Of a stretch of DNA of 56,822 bases, positions 1 through 10,300 are shown piece after piece (the first letter of the stretch is position 1; the number at the start of each line of letters is the position of its first letter). This stretch comes from a virus. Taxonomy: Duplodnaviria; Caudoviricetes. The stretch covers positions 1-56,822 of IMG/VR virus record IMGVR_UViG_3300002307_000005, one strand, 5' to 3'. The notes beneath the pieces are model-generated. The model did no database searches and was not told where the DNA came from. It was given only the letters and a program-made list of their open reading frames with translations. Made by a program: the position numbers and the translations under genes.

Positions 1-77
1 GGCTTTGGCGGTGGCGGTGGAGGGTCGGCTTATATTGGGGGAAACGGCGGTTTTGGCGGTGGCGGTGGTGGCGGCGG
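1..77. repeat. 77-bp terminal overlap, identical to 56746-56822 (circular assembly)
   Basis: Exact match of both ends; reading frame of the Gly-rich gene is continuous across the join. Confidence 0.95.
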
Positions 78-144
78 TATTAACGGTGCTGGTGGTAATG
101 GCGGCAATGGTATGGTTATTTTTGCTTGGACTGAAGGGTACTAA
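1..144 (+). CDS. C-terminal end of Gly-rich tail fibre-like protein (continues from 55495 across the circular join)
   Basis: Frame 1 reads GFGGGGGGSAYIGG...GNGMVIFAWTEGY, TAA at 142-144; in frame with ATG 55495. Confidence 0.85.
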   Translation, partial: GFGGGGGGSAYIGGNGGFGGGGGGGGINGAGGNGGNGMVIFAWTEGY

Positions 145-146
145 TT

Positions 147-545
147 ATGAAATTAGCATGGATTGAAAACAACCGCATCCGCGACATCGCACCCGGTGAT
201 CCGGTCAATTGGTATCACGCTGAAGTTGCGGCCTTTTACGATACCGAAGTGCCTGACGACGCTGCGAATGGAGATGACTGGGTCAACGGCCAACTGATCA
301 AGCCAAAACCGTTTGTTCCCCCCGCACCCGAACCAGCACCACGCACATGGACTGCTGCGGACATCCGCGCAGGCCTGACGCTGGCCGAGCGCGTGAAGTG
401 GGACAACGACTCGGCACCAGAAGTGGTGACCGCTAAGCAGGAAATGGCATCGCCACAACTGCTGGAGCACACCACCGACGTGCTGGCCTTGTTGGTCGGC
501 GCACAGGTCATTTCTCAAACATCCGCAGATAAGGTGCTGGCATGA
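147..545 (+). CDS. Tail fibre-associated protein (possible assembly chaperone)
   Basis: 132 aa directly after fibre gene; function inferred from position. Confidence 0.55.
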   Translation: MKLAWIENNRIRDIAPGDPVNWYHAEVAAFYDTEVPDDAANGDDWVNGQLIKPKPFVPPAPEPAPRTWTAADIRAGLTLAERVKWDNDSAPEVVTAKQEMASPQLLEHTTDVLALLVGAQVISQTSADKVLA

Positions 546-685
546 TCTTTCCAATCCCTGCCGACACCCTGAACAAGGTCATGGGTTATCTGGGCACCAG
601 ACCCTACCAAGAGGTCTACCAGTTGATCCATGAGATTCAGGAGGCTGTGAAGCCGCCAGCACCCGATAAGCCATCAGAGGAGTAA
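542..685 (+). CDS. Small hypothetical protein (47 aa, MIFPIPADTLNKVMGYLGTRPYQEVYQLI...)
   Basis: ATGA overlap with upstream stop, fills gap exactly; below ORF-track cutoff. Confidence 0.65.
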   Translation: MIFPIPADTLNKVMGYLGTRPYQEVYQLIHEIQEAVKPPAPDKPSEE

Positions 686-688
686 CCC

Positions 689-910
689 ATGGACAACCAA
701 CAACTCTTCAACATGGTCGTATCTGTTGCTGGGTTCTTGGCCGTCTGGGTGTTCAACAACCAGACCCAGAAACTGCAAAAGATGGAGGATCGGCTGAACA
801 ACATGCCGAGGGAGTACGTCAACCGCGACGACTACCGATCTGACATTAAGGAAATCAAAGACATCCTGCACCAAATCTTTGACAAGTTGGACGGGAAGGC
901 CGACAAGTAA
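689..910 (+). CDS. Single-TM coiled-coil protein, holin/XhlA-like candidate
   Basis: N-terminal hydrophobic helix then charged coiled coil; RBS GAGGAG; lysis region. Confidence 0.55.
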   Translation: MDNQQLFNMVVSVAGFLAVWVFNNQTQKLQKMEDRLNNMPREYVNRDDYRSDIKEIKDILHQIFDKLDGKADK

Positions 911-1413
911 TGGAGCCGATCACCACTGCCCTTGCGGCGTTTTCAGCCGTCCAGAAGGCGGTGTCGTTGATCAAGCAGGCATCGAAGACAGCCAACGACG
1001 TGGCCAGCCTCGGCCCACTGATTGGCAACTACTTCGACGCCAAGCATCAAGCCGTCAAGGCGGTCAAGGAGACCAAGAAAGCTGGCGGCTCCAACCTCGG
1101 CAAGGCTGTCGAGATTGAACTAGCCCTGAAGTCGCAAGCCGACTTCGAGGAACAACTCAAGGGTTTGTTCTTCCCCAACAACATGGACATTTGGGAAAAC
1201 ATCCAAGAGCGTGTTCGTGCTATGGATCAGGAAGACAAGCACGCTGCCCGAGCCGAACGCGACCGCGCCAAGCGGGCCAAACGCGAAAAGGAAGAAATGG
1301 TTGAAATCGTTGCGGTTGTGCTAGCCGTGATTATCTGCTTCAGCCTGCTTGGTTTTGGCACATACATGATCTACGACTTCCGCCAAACAACCAAACTGGG
1401 GATGAAAAAATGA
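910..1413 (+). CDS. Membrane-anchored protein (C-terminal TM)
   Basis: IVAVVLAVIICFSLLGFGTYMIY hydrophobic stretch; TAATG coupling. Confidence 0.6.
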   Translation: MEPITTALAAFSAVQKAVSLIKQASKTANDVASLGPLIGNYFDAKHQAVKAVKETKKAGGSNLGKAVEIELALKSQADFEEQLKGLFFPNNMDIWENIQERVRAMDQEDKHAARAERDRAKRAKREKEEMVEIVAVVLAVIICFSLLGFGTYMIYDFRQTTKLGMKK

Positions 1414-1640
1414 AATGGATCATGTTGGGTATTGCCCTGATTGCCACAGCGCTTTTGCTGGATGGCTGCAACGACCATTACCGCTACCCATGCCAGAACC
1501 CGGACAACTTCTATGCCAAGGAGTGCCAGAAGCCCAAGTGCCAGTTCACGCAGATGTGCCCCGAATACCTCGTAGCACCCGTTTTGGAGAAGCAAACCAA
1601 TGTCCAGCCAGCAGCATCCGAAGCATCCGCTCAACGCTGA
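1410..1640 (+). CDS. Small Cys-rich lipoprotein
   Basis: Signal peptide ending LLLDGC; four further Cys. Confidence 0.6.
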   Translation: MKWIMLGIALIATALLLDGCNDHYRYPCQNPDNFYAKECQKPKCQFTQMCPEYLVAPVLEKQTNVQPAASEASAQR

Positions 1641-2097
1641 AGCCATCGAAGTCCGTGTCTGGGGCTTTGTCGTCGTCGCGGTGACGCTGATCCTGTGCTT
1701 CATCGTCGTGTCGCTGCTGTACAGCGTGACGTTCGTGACGCAGCCAATCAAGTCGATGGCCCCGATTGATCAGGCCTACACCAAGATGCTCAACGACATC
1801 GTGCTGCTGATCGTCGGCGGGATCGGTGGCGTCATGAGCAAGCGTGCCGTGGGTGCAGCGGCCAACGCCATGGCCGGGCCAACACCACAAAATCCCTGTA
1901 CACCTGTGGCGGCTCAGTGGAGTCCGACTCCACCCTCACCAGTTCCCGGCCAGCCGTTTGGTGCCATGCCTGTGTGGAAGAACCCGGATTTGGACGAAAG
2001 CTGGACACCCGGCCCACCCCCGACCACACCACCCGAGCACCAAGAGCCTGACGAAGACCGTCTGGCCCTCGCAATGGCCCGGCAAGAGGTGTCTTGA
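1600..2097 (+). CDS. Two-TM protein with Pro-rich C-terminus (holin candidate)
   Basis: Two hydrophobic helices; upstream of spanins and endolysin. Confidence 0.55.
   Translation: MSSQQHPKHPLNAEAIEVRVWGFVVVAVTLILCFIVVSLLYSVTFVTQPIKSMAPIDQAYTKMLNDIVLLIVGGIGGVMSKRAVGAAANAMAGPTPQNPCTPVAAQWSPTPPSPVPGQPFGAMPVWKNPDLDESWTPGPPPTTPPEHQEPDEDRLALAMARQEVS
1917..1933. repeat. 17-bp palindrome copy 1 (GTGGAGTCCGACTCCAC)
   Basis: Exact copy inside CDS 1600-2097. Confidence 0.9.
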
Positions 2098-2564
2098 TGT
2101 TTGGGGTACCTCTGCCCTACGCAGCGCTCGGAGGCCTCTTGCTGGCCGTTTTGGGCTACTTCACGGGACATCACTACGGCTGGGCGGAGCGTGACGCCGA
2201 AATGCAGGTGGAAATTGCCAAAAAGAACGAGGAGGCGCGGGACACCGAGCAACGCCTGACTGCCCAAATCAACGAACATGATGCCAAACTGACGGAGGCC
2301 AACAATGCCCTTGAACAAGAATCTTCTGCTTTGCAGCGTGCTATCCGTGCTGGTCGGGTGCGCCTCCCCGCCACCAGTTGTGTACAAGCCAGCACAAGTG
2401 CCGCCCCTGCCGCCCCAAATCCAGAAGCTGCAGCCGAATCTGACCAGCAGACTCTCCTCCTTATTGCTGCCATCGCCGCAGACGGGGACAGGGCCATCAA
2501 TAGCCTCAACGCCTGCATCGACACCTACAACTCAGTCCGGGAGCAAATGAATGGTCACCGCTGA
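2097..2564 (+). CDS. rz: i-spanin (Rz-like)
   Basis: N-terminal TM, coiled coil, RAGRVRL motif, C-terminal LNACI; contains embedded lipoprotein ORF. Confidence 0.8.
   Translation: MFGVPLPYAALGGLLLAVLGYFTGHHYGWAERDAEMQVEIAKKNEEARDTEQRLTAQINEHDAKLTEANNALEQESSALQRAIRAGRVRLPATSCVQASTSAAPAAPNPEAAAESDQQTLLLIAAIAADGDRAINSLNACIDTYNSVREQMNGHR
2305..2550 (+). CDS. rz1: o-spanin (Rz1-like), embedded in Rz in +1 frame
   Basis: Lipobox LVGC then Pro-rich mature part; lambda-type embedded arrangement. Confidence 0.75.
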   Translation: MPLNKNLLLCSVLSVLVGCASPPPVVYKPAQVPPLPPQIQKLQPNLTSRLSSLLLPSPQTGTGPSIASTPASTPTTQSGSK

Positions 2565-3150
2565 AAAACTTGGGAAGCTGGGCATCGGTGCCCAGTGGGT
2601 TGATCCCCTGAACGAGACGTTCCAGCGTTTCAATATCACGACACCGCGCCAGCAGGCCGCATTCATCGGACAGTGCAGCCACGAGTGCGGCAACTTCCGC
2701 CTGCTGGAGGAGAACCTGAACTACAAGGCGGCAACGCTCATGAAGCTGTGGCCACGACGTTTTCCATCTTTGGAGGTGGCCAGTCAATACGCCGGGAACC
2801 CCAAGAAAATCGCCAACATGGTCTACGCCAACCGCATGGGCAACCGTGACGAGGCTTCTGGCGACGGATACCGCTTTCGTGGCCGTGGGTGCATTCAGAC
2901 AACCGGATCGGCCAATTATTACCATGCTGGTAAGGCGCTGGGGGTGGACTTCATCATGAACCCCGACTTGGTGGCTACGCCTCAGTACGCAGCCCTGACA
3001 GCCGGGTTCTTTTGGTCGACCCATGGCCTGAACGCCTTGGCCGAGGCTGGGGACGATTTGGCCTGCTGCAAGCGGATCAATGGCGGTACCATTGGCCTTG
3101 AAGACCGCAAGCACCGCACCCAGCAAGCCCTTGCCGTCCTGACGGCGTAA
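2551..3150 (+). CDS. Endolysin, glycoside hydrolase family 19
   Basis: AAFIGQCSHEC, GDGYRFRGRGCIQTTG..NY and INGG..GLEDR motifs. Confidence 0.9.
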   Translation: MVTAEKLGKLGIGAQWVDPLNETFQRFNITTPRQQAAFIGQCSHECGNFRLLEENLNYKAATLMKLWPRRFPSLEVASQYAGNPKKIANMVYANRMGNRDEASGDGYRFRGRGCIQTTGSANYYHAGKALGVDFIMNPDLVATPQYAALTAGFFWSTHGLNALAEAGDDLACCKRINGGTIGLEDRKHRTQQALAVLTA

Positions 3151-3182
3151 TGGGACAATCGACACAACCATAGAAGGTCAAA

Positions 3183-3824
3183 ATGAGCACCAGTCCATCA
3201 TGGGTGATGACATACGATTCACTGACATCCTCGGTGCTCCAGTACTTGGAGCGCTCCGACGCTGCAGTGGTCAACGCCATCCCCACATTCATCACACTCT
3301 GCGAGTTTGAAATCGCCCAAAACATCAAGACCTTGGGTCAGATGGAAGTGGTGGACTCAGTCATGCAGATCGGCAACCCTGTCATCCAAAAGCCAGCCCG
3401 GTGGCGCAAGACCACGTCCATGACGCTGTCCAACAGTGGCTCCAAGCAGCCCATGCTGGTGCGCAAGCTGGAGTACCTGAACAACTACGCGCAGGACGTG
3501 ACGGCAACAGGCACGCCGCTGTACTACGCAGACTACGACTATGACCACTGGTTCGTGGCCCCAACACCCGACAAGGCCTATGCCTTTGAGGCGCTGTGCT
3601 ACACCCGCCTGCAGCCCCTGTCGGCTCAAAACCAAACCAACTGGTTGACCCAGAACGCGCCCAACGCCATGCTGTTCGGCACGCTCAAGCAAACCGCCCC
3701 GTTCCTCAAGAACGATGCTCGTCTGGCGCTGTGGAAGCAGATGTTCGACGAAGCACTGGGTGCCCTCAAAACCGAAGACACGCTGCGAGTTGCAGACCGT
3801 GCCGCCATTGCAGTGGATAACTGA
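3183..3824 (+). CDS. Head-tail adaptor / tail tubular protein A-like
   Basis: 213 aa; TNWLTQNAPNAMLFGTL resembles podovirus adaptor proteins; first gene of tail block. Confidence 0.55.
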   Translation: MSTSPSWVMTYDSLTSSVLQYLERSDAAVVNAIPTFITLCEFEIAQNIKTLGQMEVVDSVMQIGNPVIQKPARWRKTTSMTLSNSGSKQPMLVRKLEYLNNYAQDVTATGTPLYYADYDYDHWFVAPTPDKAYAFEALCYTRLQPLSAQNQTNWLTQNAPNAMLFGTLKQTAPFLKNDARLALWKQMFDEALGALKTEDTLRVADRAAIAVDN

Positions 3825-3826
3825 TC

Positions 3827-5059
3827 ATGACCGCATATGTAAATCCGTTCACAGGCCAGACGGTCAGCCCATCCTCAGTCAGCTACGAAGCACTGTCTTT
3901 GACGGCCAATTTGTCGCTGCAATGGCCAATCAACGGCATCACTGGCACCCCCGCCAGCAGCATCATTGATGTGACGGCCACATCGTCTGGCACTGGCACT
4001 GGCTGGTTGTTGGAGTTGCCACCCGCCACTCAAGTGTCACCCGGCCAGTCCGTGATTGTGCGCAACGTCGGATCGCAACTGTTCACCGTGACGGACAACG
4101 GTGGCAACACCATCGTGGCCGTGTCGTCCGGCGTGGCCGAGTTCATCTTCTTGGTGGACAACACCACGGTGAACGGCACATGGGCGTCCGTGGTGTTTGG
4201 CGCTGGCACATCGAACGCCAATGCAGGAGCCTTGGCTGGTTACGGCCTGACGCCAATTGGCCTGACGCTGAACCAAGCCTACAACATCACCAACTACTAC
4301 TCCAACGCAGCATTGGCGGCAGCAAACCGTGCGCAGTTCAACGTGTGGTCTGGTGGAGTTGGTGCGTTCACGCTGCCTTCCGCAACATCCGTGGGCAACA
4401 ACTGGTTCACGATCATTCGGAATAACGGCACAGGCATCTTGACGTTGACCCCTGCAGGCACCGACACCATCGACGGCAACGCAAACATGCAGTTGCAGTT
4501 GACCGAATCGCTGGTGATCGTGTCCAACGGATCAACCGGGTACAACACCTACGCCTACGGTCGATCCAACGCCTTTGCATTCACGCAACTGGCTCAGGTG
4601 GTGACTGGCGGCACGCTGACGCTGACATCCGCACAGGGTGCCAACATCATTCAGGAATACTCGGGCACCCTGACGTCCAACCAGATCGTTGTGCTTCCAT
4701 CAACCGTGCAGCTTTACTCGCTGCAGAACGGCACCTCTGGTGCTTACACCATGACGTTCAAGACGGCTGTGGCTGGCGGATCGACGGTGGCAGTTGGTCA
4801 AGGCCAGACGGCCTTTGTTGTGTGTGATGGCACCAACGTGTACAGCACCACAAGCAACACCGCCAGTTCATTCACAGCTATCACGTTGGCCCCCGGCTCC
4901 GTTGGCGCTCCGTCCATGAACTTCCAAGGCAACACCAACACTGGCGTGTACCTGCCAGCATCCAACCAACTTGGCTTTGCCATCAATGGTGTCCAGCAGA
5001 TGCTGCTGACATCCAACGGTCTGACGGTGCTCAACGGTATCTCAGGCGGCACTTTCTGA
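3827..5059 (+). CDS. Tail structural/fibre protein
   Basis: T/S/G/N-rich beta-type sequence with repeated LP.A..VG modules. Confidence 0.6.
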   Translation: MTAYVNPFTGQTVSPSSVSYEALSLTANLSLQWPINGITGTPASSIIDVTATSSGTGTGWLLELPPATQVSPGQSVIVRNVGSQLFTVTDNGGNTIVAVSSGVAEFIFLVDNTTVNGTWASVVFGAGTSNANAGALAGYGLTPIGLTLNQAYNITNYYSNAALAAANRAQFNVWSGGVGAFTLPSATSVGNNWFTIIRNNGTGILTLTPAGTDTIDGNANMQLQLTESLVIVSNGSTGYNTYAYGRSNAFAFTQLAQVVTGGTLTLTSAQGANIIQEYSGTLTSNQIVVLPSTVQLYSLQNGTSGAYTMTFKTAVAGGSTVAVGQGQTAFVVCDGTNVYSTTSNTASSFTAITLAPGSVGAPSMNFQGNTNTGVYLPASNQLGFAINGVQQMLLTSNGLTVLNGISGGTF

Positions 5060-5069
5060 AGGACGCAAT

Positions 5070-7088
5070 GTGACCGCAAAGGTAATTCAGCTTCAAGTCA
5101 AGCCCGGTATCCAACGGGATGGCACGCAGTTCGCCGCCCCGACCTACGTGGATGGCGAATGGGTGCGCTTCCAGAACGCCCTGCCACGCAAGATCGGTGG
5201 GTACAAGGGTGTGTTCTTGAACGCCAGCGGGATTTCTCGCGGCATGACCATGACCTCGACCAACGGCATCAACTACGTGGTGTCTGGATACAGCCTCGGC
5301 TTGGAGCAGTGGTACACCGACAACGACGATGGCGTGGGTTTTGGCCCGGTGTCATACGCCATATATGGCGGCGCAGTGAAGGTGCAGATCGTCAACGCTG
5401 GCTCGGCATACACCAACGGAACTTACACTGCCGTGCCTTTGACTGGCGGCACCGGGACAAGCGCTCAAGCCACGGTCGTGGTGGCTGGCGGTGTCATCAC
5501 CAGCGTGACGGTGACTGCCGCAGGCACTGGATACTCGGTGGGCGACATCTTGAGTGCATCGTCGGCATCCATTGGTGGCACAGGCTCCGGCTTGTCGTTG
5601 CTGCTGCTGCAGAACACTTTGTGGACTGGTGGCAACAGTACACTTTGGCAGTTTGACATTGGCTACGATTCCACTGGAGGGGCCAACAATAACATCATCG
5701 CGCACCCCGGCCAAAACCTGATCAACATTGACTCGACCGTCAACACGCGCCCACTGTTTGGCCCATTCCCCGGCACCACGCTGGCACCTGTTGGCGTGTT
5801 CACGGCGTCAGGCACAACCACAAACACCTCCACCAGTGTGACCTTCACCAGCACCATCGTGTCGATTGGAGCGGGTCTGTCGGTTTCTGGGACGGGCATT
5901 CAGGCCGGAACAACCATCGTCAGTGCCTCCGTGGTGGGTAGCGTCTTCACAGCCGTTTTGAGCCTGCCTGCGACGGCCTCCGGCACGGTGACCCTGACAT
6001 TTGACGCCAACATTTCGGTGTCCGGTGGCGTGGTGATGCTGCACCCGTACCTGTTCGTGTACGGCAACAACGGCTTGATTCAGAACTCGTCGGCTGGCAA
6101 CTTCAACGACTGGGTTTCTGCGGACGCCAACGCCAACAACGTGTCCACTGGCAAGGTGGTCAAGGGTCTACCCCTGCGCGGTGGTACAACATCGCCTGCA
6201 GGCCTGTTCTGGACGCTTGACTCACTGGTTCGCGTGACGTACAGCCCCAGCACCGTGAACGGTCTGAACTTCTACTGGAAATATGACCTGCTGACCAGCC
6301 AGACATCCATCATGTCCAGCCAGTGCGTCATTGAGTACGACGGCATCTTCTACTGGGCCGCTGTGGATCGCTTCTTGTCCTACAACGGTGTGGTGCAGGA
6401 AATCCCGAACAACTTGAACCAGAACTACTTCTTCGACAACCTGAACTACGCCCAGCGCCAAAAAGTCTGGTGTACCAAGGTGCCTCGCTGGGGTGAAATC
6501 TGGTGGTTCTACCCCAAGGGTGATGCCACAGAATGCACCGACGCCATCATCTACAACGTGCGCGAGAAGACGTGGTACGACGCTGGCGAGGCACCGGGCG
6601 CACGCCGCTCGGCTGGAACATTCTCTGAAGTGTTCCGCAAGCCTATCTGGGCCGGGAATGGAGTCAACTCCACTGGCAAGTACACCCTCTGGCAGCATGA
6701 GACTGGCACCGACGAGGTGTACACCACCAACGTGAACGCCATCCGCTCGTCCTTTGAGACGAACAACTTGGGCTGGGTCACTGGTGGCCCCGGCAACCCA
6801 CAACTGTCCGGCGACAACCGCTGGCTGCGCATCGAACGTGTGGAACCTGACTTCGTCCAAACCGGGGACATGAACCTGTACGTGACTGGCCAAGGCTACG
6901 CCGATGCCCAAGTTCAGACCTCAGACCCCTATGTTTTCACGCCATCGACCCTTAAAATCGACTTGCGTGAGCAGCGCCGCTTGTTGCGTTTGAAGTTTGA
7001 ATCGAACACATACAACGGCGACTACTATCTTGGCAAAGTGCTGATCAGCGCGGATATGGGCGATGAGCGGGGAACTGCAAATCCATGA
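5070..7088 (+). CDS. Tail tubular protein B / P22 gp10-like nozzle protein
   Basis: 672 aa, aromatic-rich C-terminal half (WGEIWWFYP, IIYNVREKTWY); position before ejection proteins. Confidence 0.6.
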   Translation: MTAKVIQLQVKPGIQRDGTQFAAPTYVDGEWVRFQNALPRKIGGYKGVFLNASGISRGMTMTSTNGINYVVSGYSLGLEQWYTDNDDGVGFGPVSYAIYGGAVKVQIVNAGSAYTNGTYTAVPLTGGTGTSAQATVVVAGGVITSVTVTAAGTGYSVGDILSASSASIGGTGSGLSLLLLQNTLWTGGNSTLWQFDIGYDSTGGANNNIIAHPGQNLINIDSTVNTRPLFGPFPGTTLAPVGVFTASGTTTNTSTSVTFTSTIVSIGAGLSVSGTGIQAGTTIVSASVVGSVFTAVLSLPATASGTVTLTFDANISVSGGVVMLHPYLFVYGNNGLIQNSSAGNFNDWVSADANANNVSTGKVVKGLPLRGGTTSPAGLFWTLDSLVRVTYSPSTVNGLNFYWKYDLLTSQTSIMSSQCVIEYDGIFYWAAVDRFLSYNGVVQEIPNNLNQNYFFDNLNYAQRQKVWCTKVPRWGEIWWFYPKGDATECTDAIIYNVREKTWYDAGEAPGARRSAGTFSEVFRKPIWAGNGVNSTGKYTLWQHETGTDEVYTTNVNAIRSSFETNNLGWVTGGPGNPQLSGDNRWLRIERVEPDFVQTGDMNLYVTGQGYADAQVQTSDPYVFTPSTLKIDLREQRRLLRLKFESNTYNGDYYLGKVLISADMGDERGTANP

Positions 7089-7321
7089 GCGTAACCTACG
7101 ATCCCCGGAACATGGAATGGGACTTGTACTGCAGTCTGATGTGCGAGTTGTTCGCATCCAACCAGATCGGTACAGTCCCCGAGGATCAGTGGAGAGAATG
7201 GGTGGACGGCATCAACGGGATCGGGTACTTTGGCCAATCGGCCATACCCGATCAACGCATGTGCGAAACATGGCAGGACTGGGCAGAACAAATGGTCGGC
7301 ATCATGAGCATCGGATCGTAA
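7085..7321 (+). CDS. Hypothetical virion protein
   Basis: ATGA-coupled 78-aa Trp-rich ORF. Confidence 0.6.
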   Translation: MSVTYDPRNMEWDLYCSLMCELFASNQIGTVPEDQWREWVDGINGIGYFGQSAIPDQRMCETWQDWAEQMVGIMSIGS

Positions 7322-7324
7322 AAA

Positions 7325-10300
7325 ATGAAGCAAACAAACATTGATACCTTTGAGGATTTTGTCAACCCACTGAACGGTCTTGGCTCTGTTAACAACGTCG
7401 CTTTGGCTTCTGGTTTGAGTGGAAACAACACCACTACGCTGACACCCGCGCCACTTGCGAATACCACTGCCAACACTACCGCGAACACCGCTGCGGACAC
7501 TACGCTGGCAAATAACAACACGGTCGCAGCGACCACGACTGCGCCAGCCGTTGTGTCGGGTGCCTTGCCAGTCGCAGGCGGCGCAGCAGACCCAATTTCT
7601 GATTTGTACACGCAGTACGCCGGGCGTGCTGCCGACCCGAGCGGACTTGCCTACTGGCGTCAGCAATTTGGCGATACGGTTGACCCAAGTGAGGTGGCAA
7701 CATTCCAACGTGCTGTTGCAGACAATGTGGCAAAGGGCGTGGAGTCAACAGCCACTGCCACCAACTACAACCCGTACTTCACAGCCAACCCGGATGTGGC
7801 TGCGGAGTACCTGAAAAACACGCAAGGCATGACGCCTGAGCAGTTTGCCGCCTACCACTACAACACATACGGCAAGAATGAAGGCCGTGCTGCGCCAACA
7901 GGGGGCACCACCACAACCTCGTCACCAGTGGAAGGGGTCAACACTTCACCGGATGCATTGGCCGCAGCAAACGCTGCGAACACACCCACAACTGCACCAG
8001 CAGCCAACCCCACTTCAAACACGTCTGCTGCTGGAGCAAGTTCAACGCCGACAACGGTGGAAGATTTGTATAGAACCTATTTGGGGCGAGAGCCAGATGC
8101 GGCTGGTTTGGCGCACTGGAAAAGTCTTTTTGGCGATACTGTTGACGACACTGAGCGCAGAGATTTCATTCAAAACGCTTTTGGCGAAATGAGCACAACT
8201 CATGCCGGGTCTTTGAATCCGTTGGCTTCTCAGATTTTGGCAACAAGCGACCCAACAAAATGGACAGGGCAAGGCTGGGGGTCTGCGCAAAACAATGCAT
8301 ACGACATGGCCCGTATCATGGCAAGTATTGGGATTACTGACCTCAAAGATTTTGGGCAATTGCCGACGTACCAAAATCTTGAGACGCAATACACATACAA
8401 CGGACAGCCCGCCACACAAAATCCAGACGGCAGCTTTTCCGTACATGAACTTGTGGGTATGACGGGCTACGACGGTGAGCCAATTTATCAAGACAAAACA
8501 GTTGCGGCCAAAGATGTCACAACACACTACGGAACAACAAGTTTTTCTGGAGGGGAGAATGGGGATTTCTATTTCTCTCCCGTCGATCAATCCAAAGTCA
8601 TTACAAAGGATGGACAACCAGTAATTCAAACTGGCACCACTTACGGTAATACCAAGACTGGTCAGGCCGTTCCAAGCAGTTACGGCGAGCGCCAGACAGG
8701 CAACGCATGGGGTGGTACGTTTGCTGGCGATGGAAACACTGGCTACCGTGTTCAGTACGATGCGCAGGGTAACCCGCACTTCTACACGACATATGCGTCC
8801 AGCAATTCGTTGATGAATTTGCTGGCCGACAACCCCGTTCTTAACGTAGCGGCAAACTTGGCTGCTGCGTATTTTGGTGGCCCAGCAGGTGTTGCTGCGT
8901 TGAATGCCGCAGAAGGCAAATCTGGCGAAGATGTTTTGAAGGCTGGGGTGACGGCGTACCTTGGTGGGGAACTAACCAATGGCTTGACAGACGGGACGAG
9001 CGTTGGCCCCGAGGTAACTAGCCCAACCATTGCCGACCTAACAGGAACCAATGCGCCACTGAACTTTACTGGCGCTGGCAACGGTGCGTGGCTTGGTGCC
9101 ACGGAAGACCTTGCAGCGGCAGGAGCAAGCACCGCCAGCGCTGGAGGTTTGCCATCGACCGCAGGAAACATTGCAAACACCACCACGGGCGCTTTGGATG
9201 CTGCAAACACTGCAGGCAATGCGGTCAGCACAGCAGGAACGGCTGGTGCAAACGCCGCCAGCACAGCCGCCAGCACAGCAAGTTCGGCAACAGCCGGGGC
9301 TGCAGGAACTGCTGCAGGAACAGCAGGTCAGTCAATGGCCATGCGTATTGGCACATCACTTGGTCTTGAGGGCACCGCCGCCAACATGGCAGGCAATGCG
9401 CTGCTGCGTGGTGGCTTGTCTTCGGCCATGGGCGGCAACTTTGCAACTGGTGCCGTCACGGGCGGATTGATGGGCTTCGCAAGCCCTCAACAGCTTGGTG
9501 GTTTGGTTACAGAGAGCCTGTCACAGGCTGGCATCGAAATCCCCGCAGGCGCTGCCGCACAGACTGCCATCGGCAACACGATTTATGGCACGCTCATGAA
9601 TGGTGGCGACCTGAAGCTGGCACTCAAGAATGCCGTGGCTGGATACGCTGGCGACAAGGTGGCCAACTCTGACACAGTCAGCAACTTCATCAAAGACAAC
9701 AACATCAGCGGCACCCTTGCAGCCACCATTCGCGGTGGCTTATCCGGTGCTGCATCGTCGGCTGTCAAGGGCAACGACATCCTGACTGGTGCTGTGTCTG
9801 GCGCTGGCGCTTCGGCTGTATCCAACTTGGCCAATGGGTATCTCAAGGACGCTGGCGTGAGTCCAGCCAACGCCACGGCACTCTCCAAGGCCGCGTCTAC
9901 TTTTGCTGCGCAGAAGTTGTCTGGTGCCACCGACTACAACGCGTTTGTGGCTGCAACACTGGCTGGTGGTTCTGCATCGCTGGCAAAACAGGCTGTGCAG
10001 GACATCAACAAAATTCCAGCGGAGAACATGGGCAATCAGTCCAGCATTCGCGCCAGCACGGACGTGGATGCGCTGCAGCGTCAATTTGACACCCAATACA
10101 CGGACGCCACAGCCGCAGGCGGATTGCCAAACAGCACAGACACCGTGCAAACACCCGGTGGTCTGCAGTTGGCCGCTGCAGGTGCTGGTACAGCCTCTGA
10201 CGCAGGCAACGGCATCTTCCGTGTTGAAGGCTCTGGCGCACCGATTTACGCTGACAGCAACAATGCCTCTGGCGTTCGACCACCGCCCGGCTATGCCCTT

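Noticed and set aside
1-77. Biological direct terminal repeat
   Set aside because: 77 bp is a common assembler k-mer and it falls mid-gene; best read as a circularisation overlap.
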